Shown: piece after piece, positions 52,701 to 61,700 of the stretch | How positions within the stretch are numbered: the first letter of the stretch is position 1 | Layout: each line of letters begins with the position of its first letter | DNA from: Lytechinus pictus | Taxonomy: Eukaryota | NCBI RefSeq assembly: GCF_037042905.1 | Contig: NC_087255.1 | Location: 21,824,001-21,888,000 of the forward strand | Direction of reading: 5' to 3' | DNA length: 64,000 nucleotides | Position numbers and translations under genes: made by a program | The notes under the pieces: model-generated | What the model was told of the DNA's origin: nothing | Seen by the model: only the letters and a program-made list of their open reading frames with translations | Databases searched by the model: none

Positions 52701-55700
52701 TGTATTACATGTGATATAAATGTTGCATTTTGTTACTATTACAACAAATTTAGAGAAAAATACTACAACATTAATAATCAAATAAACATCATACATAATT
52801 CTTGTAGCACATTTCATCTTACTTGAAGCCCTGGTAGAGATATCTCCAGTCAAGTAATAGTAAATACGATAGCCAATCACATCACAGCTTGTCATAGATA
52901 CAGTCCATGTGACCTCTAGGCCATAGGTTGTTGCCGTGGCATTAAGGTCATGAGGATTAGCATCTTCATCCCTGAATCCTAAAGGTCGTAAGAATTGAAA
53001 ATATAGTGACAAATTTAATTTGCAGTTTAATGTTTCACCAAAGAAGACAAAGTAAAAAAATGTTTGAAGTTACACTAAGGTAAAGTCTGACATAAAAAAA
53101 TGATGATGAAGAATGAATAATAAAGCAAAAAAATATATACATATATATAATAAGCTCTCTCATCAAATGATCAATTGTTAAACCTTCTCAAGGAAAATAT
53201 TCGTCATCAGATTAGGCATTTAACATTTAGGTGCTATCTCACACAGATAATTGAGAGGGGTATCAAAAACCAGATCAACAATCAATTGTTGGCTTTCCTC
53301 ATTTAAGATTACTTAAAATGAAATCTTTTTGTTACTTATCTTTCAGAGCACATCAAAAGTAATTATAATCTAAACCCTATGTGATAGGAACTCATTGAAT
53401 TTTTTTATCATTATCATTATTTTCACAACAATTAAATCAAACTAATAATGTCTTTCCTTAATACTTTGCAACTATCAGATAATTGAAATAAACTCACCAA
53501 ATGCCTTTATTATTTCAAAACACTGCTATGATTGTATATGTAAGTAATATCATCTTTAATGTCATGTTCCAAATGCAGATGGTTCCATGACAATTGCTCC
53601 GTAAAGACTTGCTCCGATGGAAAATCGACACATTAAGCCAAACATAAAACCTAACCCCCAAGACTAAATAAACCCTAATCCTCAGCCTCACATTATTCTG
53701 AACCAAAAACTCTATTGCAATCCTAACCCTATACCGTCAGAGATATTAAGACCGGAGCAAATGTCGCGGGAGCAAATGTCATGTCACCATGCAGATTGTA
53801 TAGTCATATATATAATTTTTTTATTTGTTGTTTTTATGTTCAAGAACCATTTGTTGTTTTTATGTTCAAGATGAATTTCCACTTCTAGAAATAAATACTT
53901 AAACTTACTTATATACTTATACAAATCCAAGACATAATAAGTCCATACCTTTTGGTGCAATCTCACACAGATAACTCAGAGGAGTATCACAGACCAGATC
54001 AACAATCTGACCGTCAGGCTGCAATGCTGCACAGTCTAGACGACCGTTACCAGGGTGACCAGGTACCCATAATGCATCCTGCCAACGAGACGATTCACTG
54101 CAGTCGATCCATCGCCAATCGCCTTCAACAGACTGGTCGGAATAACCTGAAAAATGGTTAGAAATATCGTAAGACTCAAGACGGTTGATGAGGTGAATCA
54201 CTCATGAAGACGGACAATCAGTCTGCCCAAAATGTCTGGTCTTCTCTCCCGCTCCTGCTCTACAGCTCCATTCGCCGACTCATGCCAGCCTTTTCTAATC
54301 GACTCGAGCCTCTCTCACCTCTCCAGCTCAACCAGCCTTCTACTCAAGCCTCTCATCCTGCCTGCTACATGTATTACTCAAGCTTTCCACTCCTTCTGGT
54401 TTACAGTCCTAAGGACTACACTCGATTACGACATACTCTACTTCCTAACTTCCACTTTCTCGCCTCTCCATTTCACCATGATCTCAGTCCTTTCTATGGT
54501 GTACTGTAAACCACTTCTGCAATTGTTCATATCCCCATGCAAACCTTCAAAAATCATCTGAGATGAATCAAGTAAAAAAAACAACTATTAGACAGTTGAA
54601 ATAAAAATTGAAATAAATAAATAGATAAATAATAATAATAGTACGGAAGATGTTGATCATCGTTGTTCATTGTGTAAGTATAGAATCGGTAAAGGAAATA
54701 ATCTCTTGTCTCACGATGCAGCTTACGGTATAAAAGGCGCACGCAGCGAGTGTCCACTTCATTGCCTGACGAAGAATAGCAATTGCAGTCGAAACGTCGC
54801 AATTTCAGTTTGCCGCATCGTGAGACAACAGATTATTTCCTTTACTGATAATAATAATAATAACAATAATACAAATAATATTTATAATAACAATAATACA
54901 AATAATATTAATAATAACAATAAAAATAATTATAATAATGATAATATTAATGATAATAACGATAATAATGCTACTACTAATAATAATATCATTAATAATT
55001 ACATATTGCGCTTATAAAGCACCAAATCTACTCTGTAGCGATCTCAAGATGCTATTTAATAATTATGAAGGAAATTACGAAGCATTTAAAAGAAGTTTTT
55101 TCGGTGTTATTTTTTTAAGTTTCAGAAATTAAATTTCTTTCAATGACATCAGCAGGCAAAACAAATTTTTCTTTCCAGGGGCTATTTTTCACAACTTACT
55201 GCCCAAATCTGCAACATTGGACAAGCTTTAACATTGCAATTAATGGGGATTTCCTGGGCTCTTTTGAGCATTTTGGGGACTACATTGCCCCCAGACACTG
55301 TGTAACCTTTTCCCTGAAAATCAGGAAAACTGTTCCATAACTTAGAAGATGAGTGCACAAATGATCTTTCCCCTCCAGGTTTCGGAAACTCTGGGGGTGA
55401 CAAGAGAACCGGAAGTGGAGGTACGTAAGGATCTTGAAGGGGGTAATGCTCATTACCTATCCACCACATGATGTTCGGATCAATCTCAGCTGTTCTATTA
55501 ATCAAGAAATCCAGCTCCATCGGATCATCGATGATGACCAGGTCAGAGTCGGGCTCGTTGTCGCAGGTCCTTCGTCCCGTGGGCCACCAGGAACCATATT
55601 CCAGGATTCTGAATCGATAGCAGTGGCCATTGGGCCCCTCCTCGTAGTTTTGAGGGCATGGAACTGGACAGTTGTAAGCAAGGAAAACAGATTAATCATT

Positions 55701-58700
55701 GGCAAACTTGGTTGATGCACTAAGGAAGTCTTTAAATCCTGGCTAAAGCTTTGGTACAGGTAAAAAATGTGAATTACACTAGAGTATCAACTAACATGAA
55801 AATCTTTGAAGTGTCGGACCACTTATTTTCAACTGCCTATTCTCTGTGAAATTTCAATATTCAAATCTTGAATTACTAGCGCCCTCTCTCAAATATGTTT
55901 ATATCTTTCTTTAAGAAGGTTCTTTGAGCACTTATCTTACAAATGAAGTGATTGGTTATCAGAAAACTATAAAGATTATATCCTGCATTTTCAACCAATT
56001 TCATGGTCTGGAGCAGGTTATGAATTTATCAAAAAGAATTACCCACACAGATATTTTATATCCATCGAGCACCTGATTAAAATAAGTTTTCATGTAAAAT
56101 TGCAAAAATTAATTCTGTAAAGCGACCCACGGCATACACAACAAATGTTTATGATCAAATTCTTTGAAAAATCTCATTACTTAATTTATGCAAAAAATCA
56201 AAGGTTCGCTCTGATTCATTCTCTGCTAATTATTTTATTGACAGACTCTTTGTAGGATTCTGATTTAATGTACTGAAAAAAAATCTTACAAATTTTTTGT
56301 TTGCTTTTAAATTTTATCTGGATTTCTGTGTTTTCATATTTTTGGTTTTACATCATTTTTTCGATGGAAACCGTCAGCAACTTTATTCTGATCATAAACA
56401 AGCTGAAACTGATTGAGTTCAATCAGTAAAAATAGAAATAATGATATATATATATATATATATATGAATTCTAACTTAAAACACAATTTGGACTGTCTTT
56501 GTACACATATTCATGTTTTGGAGCAATTTGGTGTCATGACATGCATTTACAAAATGTGTAATTTGAGAAAGAGGTACCCTGGGGTTGCAGATTTGGTTTT
56601 AGAAGTTGTACAAAACTTGAATATAAAGATATGAGATGGCATGGCGCCAGCTTTTCGCGTTACAGACTTATTGCAAAAAATGTTGAGGGGTGGGTGGGGG
56701 GGGGGGGGGACTGAATAAAAAAAATGAACAAGTTCAGATCTTGTGAAGATAACACTAACCTGTAGATAAAGTGATTGGTTCTGTTCTACCAAGCTCAATA
56801 TCTTTGCTCGTCATAATAGTAACTGTGATGTCATAGGATGTGTTGGCATGGAGACCAGTGACAGCGCCGCTCATAGATTCACCACCATTCACATACACTG
56901 TGGATGATTACAAAAAGAGAAACAATGGGTGATTTCAAGTCTGGTGTTGGCCTTGGTGTTGGTGTTGAAATTTGGATTGCTTCCCCTGGCTCCAAAACTT
57001 ATTCATACTTTGTAAAACTGATCCAGGTCACATTATTAACACCTCAACAACTAGTGAGTTACTTTTCAGGACCATCTTCATTTTATGTTTGGTGTTATAC
57101 TCTTGTAAAAAATGACCTAACACCAACACCAGAAGGTCAACACCGTACTTGAAATCACCCATTAAGATGATTAGGTCATCATCAATAAGACTCTTGATAT
57201 TCATCAATCATGTATTAAATTAGACATTTAAATTTTAAAACACAGACCAAACTTTCAGATGCAGAAACTCATATATACACTGGTTTCATGCTACTATGGA
57301 TTTACAATTAAGATAACGGCATTACAGTTGATAGATAATAACATATTTACATGTATTCATTTATTCAATTTCTGAATTAGAGTAGCCCTATTAGTAGTTA
57401 AGTACAGTTCTACTGGGGACATTTGTGTGTACATGCACATAAATCTGTATGCACTTCATAATGTGTAATCACTAATTGACAAGGCTTGATATTTTGACAT
57501 TTCTAGGGCAAGGCTCCTTTTTAATAGGATGTATTTCTATATTACAGCACAAATGGGTAAAATAAAAATAAAAGGGGCATCAATTCCAATCAATAGGGTA
57601 TCCACCCTCATAGAATATGATTAATTTAAAGGTAAAAGACAAAAGTTGCAGCAAACAATTATTTCATGAGAAAGTCTTTTAAATCATGGTTAATCGTAAA
57701 AATATTATCATACATCTAGATCTGGTACATTAATGTAAACTTATCTTTGTAAAATCATGAAATCTTAGCTCAAAATCGATAATTCTGATATCTAGCATAG
57801 AAAAGCATATGTGGGACAATGTATCAATATTGCTTTGAAAAATACCTGACATTTGATGGAATTCGGTGCTTATTTCGCTCAATTCTCAGTGATTACCCAT
57901 TTTCTTCCAGAGTTATTTGGCACATATTTTTTTATTAATACATACAAACACTTTGGTGGTAATTTGATTGGATTATCTTCAAACTCATTTTGAGATCTTT
58001 ACCACAACTAGTATTTATCTTTAAGCCCTGATTGGAATCATCGAGATCACAAGCATTAAGTGTAAACAAAGGTCAAAATTAAAATCTTGGCCACATGCAG
58101 GAACATTATGACCATTATGATCGTAATCATAAAAACTATTATCATTATAACCATCATGCAGGAATCCACAATATATTTCCTGATTCCTGTTGTTTTGTCT
58201 AGATCAGAAGTTGGGGGATTGAAAGTTGTAAAAGTAGAAAGTGTGATCCCCACTAAAAAAAAAAATCCTGAAATTTAAAGCTTATTGATGTTTTCTGAAA
58301 AGAGATTCAATCCAAAGTACACGAAATACAGAGATCTTAAACAATGGAGCAAACCTGATGTAATCACATCACTGTCTTCTCCTGTTATTTCATAGTAGAT
58401 CTTGTATCCTACAGCATTGCATCCATTCTCTGGTAGGTCCCATGTGACGTCGATGGTATACATCCCTCCTGTTCCTCTTACATTCTCAACAACTTGAGAA
58501 TTAAGATCAAAATCTGAAAATATGATTTTAAAATGTTATCAGTTTCACCATCATCATCATCATCATCACTGTCACCATCAGCAACATCATCATCATCATC
58601 GTCATTATCTTCGTAATCTTCATCATCATCATCAACGCTATCATTGTCACCATCATCATCATCATCATTGTCATCATCATATTATCACTCCTATCATCCC

Positions 58701-61700
58701 CCTCCTCCTCATNNNNNNNNNNNNNNNNNNNNNNNNNNNNNNNNNNNNNNNNNNNNNNNNNNNNNNNNNNNNNNNNNNNNNNNNNNNNNNNNNNNNNNNN
58801 NNNNNNNNNNNNNNNNNNNNNNNNNNNNNNNNNNNNNNNNNNNNNNNNNNNNNNNNNNNNNNNNNNNNNNNNNNNNNNNNNNNNNNNNNNNNNNNNNNNN
58901 NNNNNNNNNNNNNNNNNNNNNNNNNNNNNNNNNNNNNNNNNNNNNNNNNNNNNNNNNNNNNNNNNNNNNNNNNNNNNNNNNNNNNNCCATTATCATCATC
59001 ATCAACAACAACCTCATCATCCCCCTCCCCCTCCTCATCATCCTCATCATCACCCTCCCCCTCCTCATCATCTTCATCATTATCCTCCCCCTCATTATCC
59101 TCATCATCACTAATTATCATCATAAAATAGAGCAGCTTTGCACCTGTAGGATACAGTTCACACAGATAGCTGAATTTTCCATCACAGGAAAGATTGATGA
59201 TGTCACCGCTTGGCTGAAGAGCAGCACAGGTAAGATCACCATCAGAGGGGTAATCTGGAGCCCAGAGAGTATCCTGGTAGCCGGTAGTGGTAGTACAGTC
59301 CACCCATCTCCATTCTCCAGCAACATGAAGGTCAGATAAACCTAGAAGAACAAGTAAGAGCTTTAGACCAAGCGATGTATTCTGGAGCCCATCAGCTATC
59401 CTGATAATTTGTAATGGTAGAACAATCCAACCATCTCCATTTTCTAGGATCACCTAAATGCCAATAATCTTCCAATTCTGTGGTTCATGAAGAATCAAAC
59501 TCCTCTCTTGGGTCGAGTGCAGCCAATGTGGATATATTTCTTGCTGAAGGAAATTAACGCTTGGAGTTGGATTCAAACTGATGCTCCTCTGATTAAAAAG
59601 CCAGATACAGTGGATCGCATTACCGAACACTTTTCATAAATTCAATCGTATCAAACACAATTTACAACTATACCGGGTGTGAGAAAGTAAAATGGAATTA
59701 TTTAATCAGAGGTAGGTTTAGCAATTACTTTCTTTCCCAGGGGCAAAGCCCCCGAGAGAAATTTGTTACATTACCAGACCAACCGAGGATGAATACTTCC
59801 CACTATGCTTTTGAAAGAAACGGCCGGTACATTTGTTTTATATCCCTTCCGTATCAAAGTTTGAACGAAAAATCATTGTTATCTAGTCCTAATTAACCCA
59901 TCTTCATGATCTGGAAAGAAACCTAGATTGGCTAAGCTCTAATACAGGGTATATGCAAAATTGGCTTATCATCTAAGCTGGCCAATTCCCACTATGCTTT
60001 CGAAAGAAACGTCTGGTATATTTGTTTTATATCCCTTCTATATAAGTTTGAATGATAAAATATTTGTTATCTATTCCTGATTGACCCATCTCCATGATCT
60101 GGAAAAAATCTAGATTGGCTAAGCTCTAATTTATGCAAAATTGGCTTATCATCTAAGCTGGCCAGTTCCTGGATAGACTGTGCGTGGCTGCTACCAGCCC
60201 AACCCAGCTCACTCATGGTGGTGTGGTGTTGAGTGGCAGCTGTGAGCGCTTATACAATTTCACTTACCGGTTGTGAAGGTTTTGAACGATTCCTGCAGAA
60301 CTAAACTTGAGCAACCCAAATCTTTTGATGATCAAATGATGGCCATCATAAATTTTATTTCAGCATGCAGATTCATTATAAACAAGCAAGACGCAATTTC
60401 ACATTGACATTTGAAATTTATGATTCAGCTATTGCGCTGCACTCAACGGAACCTGATGAAGCGTCTGAGCCAACGCATCACTATACTTACCCGGTGGACA
60501 CAGCCCGTTGTGTGCTGTTTCTGATTGCATTGTTTCCAGTCGGACGCAAAATAGAAAAAAAAATACTATTCTATTCTGACATCACAAACTATTTTGATCT
60601 CCAATGAATTTAATTTTTCTGGTAAAATTATTATAAGTCACATGAAGGGCTCTCGACCAATCCAATAGCAAAAAATATTTAGTAATGGATATAGTATTTT
60701 TCTATATAAGCCGGTCGGTTTTATGCAATACTCAGCATGGATCAAATTTGAGATTTCACTTACCAATCCACCATGTCATATTTGGGTTTATCTCCACACT
60801 TCTGTTGACAAGAAAAGCAAGTTCCTCAGGATCGTTGATGACAGCTAGATCAGAGTCTTCTACATTGTCACATGTCCTTCGACCAGTCGGCCAAGTAGAA
60901 CCATAGTCTAGTATCCTGAATCGGTAACAGTGACCATTGGGGCCTTCCTCGTAATTGTCTGGACATTCATCTGTGGAATGGAAACAAACATGCATGTCAT
61001 GGTTACTGGAGGATCTAATCAAAGGCAAACATGAAATCTGTTACATGAAAATTATGTTGATGAAAATGAGGAATATGTTGAGGCTAGCTCAAATTAAATT
61101 TCCAAAGGTTACTTTTTTTTCAAATTATTAATCAAAATTGAATTCTTGGAATGATAACACCAATATTTTATAATCCTTTTCATCAAAATGGCAAATTATT
61201 TAAAGCTTGATCATAGCTTACCTAGAAATGAAACTATGACTTAGAGTATGATGTGAATATCAAAAAAATACCAAGCTACATAACAATAAAGATAATACCC
61301 AAGCTGAAAAAAAAATGGTAAAACCGCTACATGTATTTGGCAAGTTAAGCACGATGATCTAACAAGCCTGTGACCATAATGGCGTTATGAGGTGAGGCAC
61401 AACTGATATTATGCTGAAGTCTTACCAAAGTTGACATTGCTTGGCAATGTGACTTCCATGGTACCTTTCACCGACAATTTCCAGTGCATCAAGGAACTTT
61501 GTTAAAGCTTTGAATACCCCTTTTACTCAAATTTTGATATTTAGTCTTAACAAATCAAGTATTATCTACACAAGATATGAACATGCTTATAATTGTTTTT
61601 ACATTTACCTGCTATACATGTACAAACAATTGTTCTACTTCTCAAAATTAAAGTGTCTAATACCACATACATGTAGGTTAAACCCATTTGGCCACCTACA

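Noticed and set aside
58522-59339. His-rich and Ser-rich ORFs
   Set aside because: (CAT)n microsatellite plus N-gap artefact.
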